From Marsupella aquatica (lineage: Eukaryota; Plantae; Marchantiophyta), in the NCBI GenBank assembly GCA_973895155.1, contig OZ316899.1:16209974-16273973 (forward strand): a stretch of DNA of 64,000 nucleotides, given 5' to 3'. Positions 38,597 to 51,000 of this stretch are shown piece after piece. The notes beneath the pieces are model-generated. The model was not told the DNA's origin, made no database searches, and worked only from the letters and a program-made list of their open reading frames with translations. Within the stretch, counting starts at the first letter, position 1; each line of letters begins with the position of its first letter. The translations under genes were made by a program, and so were the position numbers.

Positions 38597-38614
38597 CCCC
38601 TCCATCTAGCGCCA
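38597..38614 (-). promoter_or_regulatory. Primer binding site (tRNA-Asn type)
   Basis: TGGCGCTAGATGGAGGG after ...CACCACA-TTTT. One mismatch to the complement of the plant tRNA-Asn 3' end as recalled (TGGCGCTAGAAGGAGGG). Confidence 0.75.
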
Positions 38615-38618
38615 AAAA

Positions 38619-39609
38619 TGTGGTGCGTCCCATGGCTCCCTAAACCCAAGAAACCCCCTGCACAAGCCAATTCCCGCAGGTTTTGCTCTTGGCGAGGCCG
38701 GTTCCGCGGCTTAGCGGCATGGGACGCTGCTATCTCTCTTCTACTAACATTTTACACACATGTACTGGACAGATCCTTCATCGGGTCATGAGATCGTAGC
38801 CGGCCTATTCTATGCCTTCCCTTGTCTTCCCCTCCTTATCTTCTTTAGGTATGTTTGGATTCCGCCGCCGGAATGATCCCCAACTGGCTTGGGTTAGCCG
38901 CTAAGACCTCTCTCAGCTCAACACATCCAACTCTTACTACCTTGCTTACTTCCTTCTCTCTTGTTGATGTGGGCAATCTTGAAACAAGTTAATGCGACAC
39001 ACAAATAGCAAAATGACTCCTTCTGATTGAGTTATACCATGCACTTGCCATACAAACAATACTTCTCATACACAAGATATGCGAACTAAGCCGTGAGGCC
39101 AACTCTATTCATCTCTTAGGCATGAGGAAACATGAATATACAGAAGGGTCACTGTATAACTAACCAAGAGCTTCTTTTACTACTTGATCCTAGCCCTGCT
39201 GGTGCACTAAAAACTTGCTAAAGAAGAAGACCCTGAACTCCCCGCTGCCCAGGTACTTATCCTGGCAGTGGATCCGCCTAATTCCTTGCAACGTAAGCCT
39301 AATCTACCTATGTATAGCGAGGCAAGAGCACAAGTGTTGCTCTTACCAGCGGATCCGCAATCCCACTAATCTAAATGTCAGGGCCGCCTCCTGGTCCTGA
39401 TCCTAATCCTAATCCTAAACTTGGAGATTTGAGCCCGCCTTGCCCACTCACGCCTCCTACCTCCATGTCCGCCCTTTTTAAAAGGGACGGTGCCCTTACA
39501 CTATCACGACACCAGTGGCTGGTCCTCAATGGATGCCCCCGATCCTTCCTCGGCGGTCAATGTGGGCCTCCCATTCTCTGACCGGTTATCTGCTCCTGAC
39601 CTGGTCAAC
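38619..39609 (-). repeat. 3' part of a family C LTR in 5'-LTR position (truncated)
   Basis: Homologous to 11417-12440 and 25832-26840, including the C-terminal tail of the C ORF. Abuts PBS and gag. Confidence 0.85.
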
Positions 39610-41982
39610 CCTTTTTTGGTGTGTCCGGGTCCCACGGACATCAGTTATGATTGACAGGTCAAGAAAACAGGCATTGATCTATTTCTTTTGTATTTTCATG
39701 GCGGGACAGTTTTTTTCGGGGGGGGGGGGGGGCGCATGAAACACTATGTAGCCGCTTCTTATTAACAGCCTTCTTATTCGTTCCAATGTCCACACACAGA
39801 ATGGAGCCGTGTGCACCTGATGATGGCGTCCTTCAGAAAGGTTTGTCTTCATACAAACTTGTTCGACAATTATAGCCTGCGAGTGGTAGCTGCAGAACCC
39901 CATGACAAATTTAAACTTCATTCTCGCACTTGAATTCTACTAAGTCTTGTTCCTGGACAGCTTGGTCATTGCCAACTGCCTTCTCAGCTGGTATTTGTCC
40001 AGTACATCACCTTCTCATTTCAGAATCGCTTAAAGACGTTACCAGCATCACAGAATGGACCTCTAAACAGATGATTGGAGACGAAGACACTGGAATGCCA
40101 ACAACGGCCAACACATCCTTTAGCCAAAAGCCATTCAACATCATACACAACAAACAACAACACAGCAGGACTAACAAACAGGAATGGCCCCTGGCGGTAC
40201 TCATTCAGGACGAAAAGTGAGGTTGGATTAACAAACCGGAATGCCCCCACTGCCGCCCCGAAACCGGATATACAAATGATTGATTAAAACCGAAAGCTCC
40301 CCTTGCGCAACACAAACAATTTGAAAAGGCATCGAGAATGATAGGGACACCCGAAAGTGTCATAGTGCCGACAACCTTAAACCCTTCAAACACATGTAAG
40401 ACATAATTCATAGTGTCTTCATTTGTAAACACTTCCAAGCATATGGCCATTGTAATTTTGGGAGTCAATTTCTTGTTGGAGATAGTTCTCATCCCTCTAG
40501 TTCCTTGCAAGGGCTTCCAGCCGACTCAGCTCTGGCATCTTGTGAATTGATATTTGTAACATACACACTGAGTCCCAATTAATGCTTAGCAACATCCAGA
40601 CTGGAATACCAACATGGAAAAAGTTCCACTGCCATTATTTCCCAACAAGACACATTTTTTTGAATGTAGCCTCTACAGTCAAAAGCTGAACCTCTGTGTA
40701 GAATTATGGAACGCATCAAACGGACAAGAGACAGCCAGCTTAAGTTCCGATAATTGATTGTGAGCATCTGAGGTGACTTATTCGAACCTAATGGGACAAG
40801 TATGAGGTCGACCGAAAATCTGATGGTTTCGATACTTTATTTGCAGATAACAGGATTGCAGCACGAAATCTATCAAACCCAACGAGCCATGAAGAGCTAC
40901 TGATTTGTTATTTTTTTCTCAAATCTCTGTTAAGTATTCAACTAAAGTGGGAACAATCCGTTTATGCAATTCCGTGAAAATCTTCTCTGGAAAACATTGG
41001 AAACAAATCCAACATGTCGAGAGGCGTCACGGGACTAATGAAACGTGAACAAGCAGGATGGCATTAAACAATCCGAGCACTCTCTCTTCTCTTTCTTTTC
41101 TCAGGGCAGCGGTAAGATGTGACCTGCAATCAAGCATGAAGTGGGCCTTCTGACGTGACATCCCTGAGAGAATGCCATCACGAAGCATGTCCCTGCTAAA
41201 TATATTAAAAAAAGCAGACTGATGTAGGGTTTTAATGGGAAGCTATGATGGTGAGTACAGAAACTTGTTCTTGTATCAAAAGTAACGACAATAGAGCCGA
41301 CATGGCACCCCATTAAGAAATGGAGAGAGGCAGACCACTGACAGGAAGACCGTTCAGAGCGACCAGGTCATTCAAGCAAACCTGAAGTAGAAAACAGAAG
41401 GTGTAGAGCAGAAATAATACCTTACATGCTCAAATGAACTACTTGACGAGTCCCAAAAAAGGACGCCGGTTTCTGAGAACTAAAGCAGCCGTCAATCTTG
41501 GTATGTTTCCCAAGGTGACTTGGAGGTCCTAAAAAATCACTCTGGCAGGATACTTGGGCGCTGTCGGACAACAACTTTAAAAGCATTCTTGAACAATCCT
41601 ACAAATCAGTGAAATGGGAAATTTGCGTACGAGTTCGAGAAACCATAATGTAATTTTCTTTACTCTGCTCCTCAAGACTAACTGCTTTTTAGAACGCACC
41701 TGCGCAACTAACAAGCTGACCAAGCCAGCTTATCAGCGCTTTAAATTTCTTCCTCTTCCAGATGGATAACGACAGAGGATCTGGCTCTCACTCTAAAGTA
41801 AAACATTCACAACACCCGCAGTCTGATAGAGTGCACTGACAAAGTGTCGACTGTCACCATACTGTTGACTGCCGAGAAACATTTTGGGAGCGATGCATGT
41901 GCATGACACTACAGTGCTAGAGGTTTTCTCCCTATGTGGGTCGAGGCACCCTGTTCAACTTAGCAGCCAGCGTTGAAATGAT

Positions 41983-42060
41983 TCACAATACTTCCTGGGA
42001 GCGTCTCACAATCCTGCTGACCTTACGCTTAAACTCTTCTTTGGTCTCTCGCCATTCTTT
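41983..42060 (-). CDS. UBC7: UBC7-like exon 6 (stop)
   Basis: [28 protein letters not shown] after a CAG acceptor. Confidence 0.92.
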   Translation of the reverse strand, partial: KEWRETKEEFKRKVSRIVRRSQEVL

Positions 42061-45000
42061 CTGTGGATTAGCAGACATGTGTCAGAAAGCCCTTACTTTC
42101 CCGTGGTCCAAATCCGCAACTGCTAAAACAAGTCTGAGATAAATGACATGTAGCAAACCCCTACCCTCAACTTTGCAAAACAATCAACTACTAAGAGTAT
42201 TTGCATGCAATCAAATCAATCCATCCAAAATAAGGTACAATCAAGTACAGACAAGTAGTATTTAGCCATCTGTAGCAAATTCACTACACTGAAAGGTAAG
42301 AAAAGAAAAAGAAAAAACGTAACACTGTAACTTACCGCAGCATCAATATTTGCAGGAGACTCATCGTTTGGACTCGACAACATAGAGATAATGCTCAAAA
42401 GGATAGTTTCTACCTGCAAGGGAACTCACCAAAGATTACGATTTCCAATCTGCATCGACGAAGTACCAAGAAACAACGAAGAAATCACGATACTTCATCG
42501 CATGATCAACAACTTCTGCACACAAGCGATTTGTCTTTCGCGTGCAAACATCATTTGCAAATACGCAATACAGGGCATCCAACCAAGGAATATATCACTG
42601 ACCTAAGCTACAGGTTAAAGATTGTGTAAAATGAGGTGAGACCCCGATGATGGTGGCTACTAGATACAAGGCACAACCCGGCAAACTAGGGTATTATAGC
42701 AACTATAGTCGTAAACCCAGAATCATTGCGCCGTCTCATGATTGCACTTTAATTGCTTGGCTACCATTAGTATCTAATCCATTATTATCCAGTTCGAATA
42801 GAAAAACCCTTTCTGCTTTAAGGCATGAACTAAAGTAATTTCAACGACCATTATTTGGATCAAGGAACAAAACGCTAAATCCGAGCAGGTCTGCCATAAA
42901 TAAAATATGTAATTTCAATTGAAAATCCGAAAGATCAAGCGATATCATTAGTGAGCTTCTCTGTTCAACTTTTTGCTCTTGTGCCCTAGTAATGCTCTAA
43001 ATTTACTTAGCTACACAGGTCTGTCTAATGGAAGTGTAATATTGTACATGTAACGCCGAGTTGAACGAAGAAAGAACGTCCACCACGCCCAAATAACGTG
43101 TCTTCCTGACCGTGAGAGAGTGGCGTCTGCTAACCTCAAATCTGTAAGACACGAGACTGGACATCAAGTAAACCAAGGACAACCCTGTTTCTAAATGACA
43201 CAGGCCCAACAAAAAGCACTGTCTCTCCAAAAGAGCCTTAATGTTATTAAAGACCGCTCTCCACTGACTTTTTTCCCTGTTCTCCGATTTAGCCTCTCAA
43301 AATCCGACCTGAGTCAAACTGTTGAATTTTAAAAGAGGGATGTTGGTTAAAGGCTGGAATTTGCATCCCTTGATGATGAGGTGGAGTACTGCTGCATCAA
43401 GGGTCCTGGATCTTGCTGGTTAACTAACTTTGGGCGGTCAAATTCACGAGGATTTGGTGTGGTATCTGATTGATCGCAAGGCATTGAAGCAAAGCCATTG
43501 AGACCGTTGGAGCAGATTTTAGAGCAAGTGCTAGAGGAGGTTTTGAAGCAGTTCAGCAATCTGGAGTGGAACCAAATCTGACTAAAAACTGGAGTCTCTA
43601 CTGTAAGGGTGAGTCTTCCACCTAGGTGCCTCCTAGTTCCAACCCTTGTCGTAGTCCCATTTGTCCATGATGTGGATGGCCATTGCAGACGTTATCTGTT
43701 ACCCTAAAAATTATCTCCCACTTGACTATCCTTGTGAGCTAGCATACCTTTCAGTTTGGCACCAGTCATCATAGGAGGGTCGCCTATGTCAAAACCCCAG
43801 CTGGAAAGCCATACCTTTAGCAGCCACTTACCAAGTGTATCAAGCACCACATCATAAGACGGCGGAGCCTGGCAGGTAGGACTGCCTTCATGTGTAGTAA
43901 ATATGAACTGCGCTTGTGCAGGCTATGAATTTTCGTTGGTTATTCGTTGGTATGATTGAATAATTTCCAAGACTATCCTCAATATGTTCCTGCTTTATCT
44001 TTTACAGTACCCATGCAGATTAGCTGCACAACTCTATTAATCGTCTGCCAACTTTTGACCCAAAAGTCCCAAAATAGTACAGCACCGCTTCAAGCCAAAG
44101 GCTCTTACCATGGTACTGACGATGGATGAAGAGACGTCGCGGCCGTAATCACTCTGGAATGGTAGTGTCGGATTTCAAATCCCGACATTTCTCGTCAATG
44201 TCTCGAGTTTCATTGATGAACCGTGGAGGAACATTTGCTGAGATGTCAGACAGTTTGGACAGGCAGTGGAGAGCGCATCTGTGATACTTGACTTAAGATG
44301 CGAAATTGAGGTGCACCCTTACCTCCTTGGGTACCATGTAAACGTACTGCACTGAATTTGATAATATAGCTGATAAATATCGGTTATAATAGCAGAATAC
44401 TTCTCTATTCAACAGAATTAACATATATGGACTCTCACCTTGAAGAATTTGGAATTGTGCTATCAATTCACAATTTGAAAGGGAGAAAGCCTTGGCGTCA
44501 TATTTTAGATTGGTTGATTGCAATTTCCCCTCGTTAACAATGTCTTTTATCGTAGTATTCCAGAGAAAATGAAAGGATGGTTGAGAGTTCGAGGATTGCA
44601 AACTTTTAGGACGGAGTCCCTAGGGCATGATCCATACTCTGGCTAATACCCTTTAAAAATTTCTATCTTGTGCATGCAATTAATTCCAAGGTCACGTGTC
44701 CTTCGTCTTTGTTCTTTGTGGCTTCCTGGTATCAGAGACCTGGATCTTTTGTATTCTACTTCGAGCAGGGAACTCCTCCTTGACTTTTTTATTATGGAGT
44801 CACAACTCAGCAGACTAAAAAACAAGTACTAGGACCACTGGTGAGAGCGATACCGGATACACAAAGTTAATCCACCCGGGAAGCCCACTTCGCCACATAC
44901 CCCGCTGCTACTACGGTAGAGAAATGGACTAACCACGAGTCCTGTTCAGCTTGCTATCTTCGTTTGAACCCCCTATTTAAACATTGAATCAAAGCACTAC

Positions 45001-48000
45001 AGCGGCAGTCAGCTGTAAAGAGAGCCAAAAAGACATATTTCACATTTGCCATCCTTAGCATTTAGATCTAAACGTAGCCGTTTGTTCCGCAGTTTGCTGA
45101 TCCCATACAGTGTGTCCCCATCGCTGGGTATCCTCTCCTGGTCCTCATGTTCAAGTTGCCAGAAAATGTTGTGAAGGGCTGCTTCATTATTAAGGAGGGC
45201 CATATCATAGTCGGTCAAAATCTGGAAATATTGCGCTTCAGTTCTCGATAGTTTCCTCTAGAATTCTTTCAGGACCAATATGTTCCCCACAGCGAGGAGA
45301 GTGCCTAACCACCTTTCGTGCTACTTGTCGCTGGATATATTCGAGTTCACAAAACCAGAGGCTGTTGGATTCAGAACACTATTCCCAAGACTGCGTGGGT
45401 CCAATCAATGTGGATGATGTAAATGCGTCCACCAGGACCGTGGTAACAACATCTGAATCTCAGGGGATAGATGTTGAGGTCACTGCTCGGAAAATACGTT
45501 GCCTCAGCAGAAATCAAATTGGCATTGAGGACGGATTAGAGTTTGGCTCTGAGGGATGTTGAAGGAGGACAGAGTGGATCAGAGGGGACAACCCTAAACT
45601 CTAAACTCAGAAAGCAATCATCGGATGAAGCTGCAGCTTCCAATAACAGAATTTATTACTGCTTATTCTGGTTCTCGCATACCCTGCAATGTTCATCCAG
45701 TAAACTTATTTTCCACACCCTCAACTTGCTCAAGCTGTTTGTCTGGAGTGAACTTACCCGATACAAGAATTCACCTCACAAAAGTGCACAATCAAATCAC
45801 TTGTTGAGCAGTTCCGAAAGACCAAATATCCCTGCCTTTCTCTGCAGTGAAGCTTTGAGAATCTCCTGCGCGGATACCTTTATGTTGCTAAAAACAAATT
45901 GTAGAGCAAGCCTGCTTCTTAACTTTTGTCCATCTAGATCTGAAAGGAGGATCAGTTTTGAGGGAAGCTAAGAAAACGGAGAAGGTGTTCATTGAACACA
46001 GGCTATCCCTTGATCATATCCTTTAGAATTCTCCAGAGTCCCCATGCCTAAACTGGTTAAGCCTAGTAGGTGTGACCTATTCCCTCAAGAAGCGTCCTCC
46101 TCTTAGCGAAATTCTCCCTAAGCACTTCACGTGAAGTGTGGATCTGCAATTTTGCGAAGAGTAGTCATACGAAGTTTCCCCTTCTTAGCGAGTTTCTCCT
46201 CGCTTTTGGGGAGTGGAGTCTAGAGCATTTACCTGCCTTCTGACCTTTGAATTCCTCTGTGAACCAGTCTCGCATATTTGGTCGCAGTCATGGTATGAAT
46301 AAATCATTTGTTTCTATCTTCTCTTCTAGGCTTGCAATTCCTGGCCTTCGTGTCTGCTTCGCTGCTTCTGAAATAGTTTAGAAGGTCACGAAAATACCTT
46401 AAATTCAATTTCAGGATTTTATTTTCATCAGACTACTCTAATTAATAAAAATGGTGACTTGAGTATACATGTTCCTTGAAAATGGTATGTATCAATATTT
46501 AGATAGACTATACGCCAAAGATGTCACAGATGTCCCTGATAACCATGCCAAATTCGAAAGCAGACTAGTTGGGATTGGTGCTTATTCTGTTCGTACTTTG
46601 AGTCCCCAAAAGTCTTCGCTAAGACCAGAACGTACAAACAGAAAGGCAGTTGCTATGAGAGTCCCCCTTTTGAAATGACTCTCGAAGTTCACTCAACCCC
46701 TCATTTTGAATTAGAGCAGAGCTCACGATCGCTTATGTCAGGAGTTTTTCTACTTCACCTAGCTTCGTAGCTCATTGAGCTCTTTCCTTTCTTTACTCTT
46801 TCAATACTACTCTCAATACTGCTCTCCATAGTCCGGTCAAAATTTTCTTCTTAAGTTTCTGGTTTCGTAGCGTCCTTGCAGTCTTCAGGTTTCCCTTATT
46901 TTGGAACCTCTAGTTGAGGCCCTTATTTTGGAACCTCTAGTTGAGGCTCCTCCCGGGTGGACCACTGGAGACCAGCTTCACATCACAAAACAAAGCTTAG
47001 AATGGAATTCAACAGAGGTTACAACGAAATCTTCATTGAGAGCAATTCATAACCTTTGAAGAGACTGATTTCACCCTGTCTCTTGAAGGTTAAGAACCTG
47101 GTTGTGAAGTGGAACAGGCATCTTTTGAATTTGGACAGGGCCCACAACGAGCATATTTATCGAGGAAAATCCGGACATGATGAACTTGTTGATCACCCCT
47201 GCCACTCCATGATGAACTTAGTCGAATTGGTAAGCCCAGACTTGGGAAAGCTTTACCAATTTCGGTCGTAATGGTCTCTCTAATCAGACCATTAGCTTTG
47301 AATCATGAGAAGGCCAAAGCAGCAGACTCCACTCAAGATCTAAAAAGATCTTGCAGTATTGAAACAGAGGTAGCTCCCTGTACATTTTTGATGTATAAAA
47401 TAGGATAAAGCAGGATTTTGCGATGGAATATTGGTTCAGGTTTTGCAAGAGTATTTCCTTCCGCTTAAGACCTTTGGATCGCTGAGACAGCCATGCATTT
47501 ACAGGTCAAGGATGATGCTGGTTTTGTGTCCGATACTCCTCTAAAGTTGGCTATTTTGACTATGGACGGCATTCCGATCTTTCCGAAGACTTGGAGGAAA
47601 CTGCCTTTTCTGACTCTCATCAACAGGAAATCAACATTCGCAAAATTGTAGATCCACAGACTGTGAAGTACTTTCTAGTTCTGGTGTGCATTGAAGACCA
47701 AAAGCAGCAATTTAAGTCAAGGATAAGAACAAGATTTGGAATGTGGTTGATAAGCTTCCTCTTGGACGGAAAGCTGTCAGTTGTGGGACGAATTCCGAGT
47801 CAATTTTAGTTCAGACGGATCTGCTACAAGGTTATCATGAGTCACTGCATTACACTACAGTGAAATACAATCTACTGCACTTCATCTTTAGTCAATTACA
47901 GTGAGTGAAGGTGGATGTCAGGACTGTTCTAAATATGGCATCCTACGCAAAATAAGTAGACGAAACACTTCAAGGTTTAGCGGAATCACTTTGATCAGAC

Positions 48001-51000
48001 CGTTCCTTTCCATAGACGAAAGCTTTGTCTCCCATTGTCAGTCAAGCTAGTTTTCCTTTTACTCGCCTTTCGTGTAGATGACTCTCACGCTGAGTCCGAT
48101 GTTAAACTACCTGAGGCATTGCAACCATCTCTGCGAAAATGATGCGCTATCCGAGCTAAATCTGACGTTACTAAGGCATGGAGACCATCAACACGAGAAG
48201 GAAGGATACAACTTAAGATTCTTCAAAGCACTACATTCTTGATAAGCTGCCGGAATTTAGCAGTGTAAACCTGTTTCCACAACCGTAAAATTCATCTGAA
48301 AGGATTAAAGACTATTGCGCTCAAACTGACCAAGAAAAGACCTAAATGGAAGGGAGTCCGTACCAGAGTGCTGCTGGTAGCCTGATGTGGGCTATGGTCT
48401 GCACTAGACGAGAATAGTTGCTCACTTCATGTCGAATCTTGAACCTACTACTCACTGGAAGCCAGTAAAGAGGATATTTAGGTGCGTACATACTAGCAAA
48501 ACCAGTCCGGCATACACAAAAGACGAATCTCCTGCACATTATATACTTTTTCCACGTGAAGTGAAGACATTGATCCCAGAAGGTCAACTCCTGCGGACCG
48601 CTTCAAATTAGGCAAAGCAGCTATCACTGGGGTACATAAAACAAATCGATGCTTTGTCATGTCAAGAAGTAAGGCTAATCTATGGCCGTAACCGAAACTT
48701 CCACAGAAAGCATTGTCAATTAGGAAACTCTTAGTCAGCTGATTCAGCTAATCAGAAGCAAAGGCAAGATTTTGGTTTACTAATCAAAGGACCTTTGCAC
48801 CTTTAGAATCACCTGGATTCCATCAGAGAAACGAGCAGATTGATACAAAACTCCATTTTGTTAGGAACAATCCACGAGAGCAGGAAGTAAAGTACTCTAC
48901 TGTTCGACTGAGTAGATGGTGGCAAAGACTGCGACAAAAAAAGTTTGCCAACAATAAAACACATTTACTTTCAGGAAACAGCTAGGTCTATAAACAATTC
49001 CGCTCTTTTAGTCACTGCAAAGGGAGTGGAACAACAGTGCTAATCTCATGTATCTACAATGTACATGCATGCTTGATTAAAGACTATGTACTTTCCCAGC
49101 TATGGTCAAACTGCAAAGAGATTATTGAACAACATCCATTGTTATCCACAAAATTACAATTGAGCTAAGGATGTGCCAAATAATTCCACTGGCTGTGCAT
49201 GTAAAATGCTTCCAACTACTAATCGATTCAATTATACTCCAACCCTGTTTACACTTTCTTATTAGAATCACACATATGAAAACCTGTCACCCTGCCTGCC
49301 CATCTCGACTGTTTTCTCCTGCCCGGCAAGACTTGAAGGTATTTTATTGGCGATTGAAAAGCTTGGCTCTTGCACCACATGAATAAACAGTCCTATGCAC
49401 AAGAGATTTTGCAAACAGTCCAATGATGACTACGACTACCCGTAACTGTTTACAACAAATGCAACCAGACAGCGCATTGACTTTTGTCAAATGTCGACCA
49501 AACACAATTGGCTCGTTAACAATACATCTAATTGGGACCAAGGCTCCTTACTATATAACCCAACATTAACTCCCATTCTGGTGCCTCGATGCAAAATACA
49601 TGACCACAAAGCAATTTGTTCGTCCCCATGACCCAACTTGGTCGACATGGACCTTGAATTCAGTCGATCATTCATTCTTGGCAAACTATCCATACAAACG
49701 GAAAAATTACTGACTAGTTGCCATTTCAGAGTAGAAGTGCGCTGAGAGATGCTGAAAAGTCAACGGCAAAAAATGCCAGAGGTATGAAATCCTTGTCAGA
49801 TCACGAGGCAATACATCTATAGAGACGATTGATACTGTCAAGAGCGTGCAAAATAATCAACGACTGGAGAAGAATGTCGACTTTGATGACCGAGTACCCC
49901 TCAGCAAGCTACTTACAGGCTTCATCATGTCTATTAGACAAAGAGAAAAAGAAGAGAAATACATCCGAGAAACCAGCAGAATTCAAGCGTGGATGACTTT
50001 CTGATCACGATGGAAGTGTGACTACATTGAAGGCCAAAGTGCAAAGTCTCAGAATCCTTTCAACAAAATGTACCAGCGAATACCATCCATGGTGGCTCAG
50101 AAACTCATCACACCCATGGAGCTTAAAAGACGGGATAAATTCATCAATTCTTAAATGAGTGATTCGGTAGAGATTTTCCATCGCCCATTACCAATTGGCC
50201 CCCAATCTATCCCGATACAATATTATTGCCCGTGAGGGAGAACACCCTAGAAGCTCGCTCTACCAGGTACAAGCATTTGAAAGCGGGACTAACAACGAGC
50301 TTAAGTGAATGAGATCTATTCTGATAGGCATACTTTGGAGGAGAAAGAAGACTGTACCCCTAAGGCCCCCTCCACCACCATTGGTCCACGGTGAAACAGA
50401 ATAACATGTAAAGCGGGGGCGAATCCGCTACTTAAATCATGTTGTTCTCACGTCGTGGCTAGTAAGAGGCTACATTAAGGAGCAGCCACCAATAATGATT
50501 TAAATAAGAAGAAATCAATGAGCAGCCAGCAATGCCGTTGGCAAGGTAGACTAAACCTCCATGACCATCTCTAAATTCTGCCTTGGCCAATCTGACCACG
50601 CATAAAAAGTTGAATCACAACTCCTTCAACTGTGCACACTAAACGACATTCCACAGGAAATACTACTCCATCTTGGTCCCTTCCAGACCGAAAACGATAA
50701 AAAGGAAGTTGACAAGGAGAGTTTAAAAATTAATTTGAGGCCCCACCCCCACCCAGACGATTCCAGGATTTGGTCAAACCCTTCACTGTTGTGGCCTACA
50801 TTTCTCCAGGCGTAATTGATCTCTCCAAAGTATGCTTCATATTTTAAACAGAACGCCATAGAAAGCCAGACCTTCCGTGTTTGGTTAGAGCGAGAGATTA
50901 GATGGAAAATAGCCAGATCTGTCAGTTAAGGCAAGCCAGCTTCAATTAAAAGGCGATTGAGCTTGCAACTTTCTTGTCGGATGAAAAGAAAGTCTAATCT

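Noticed and set aside
39679-41313. Short ORFs downstream of UBC7 as a second host gene
   Set aside because: No recognisable motifs and no consistent exon chain could be built.
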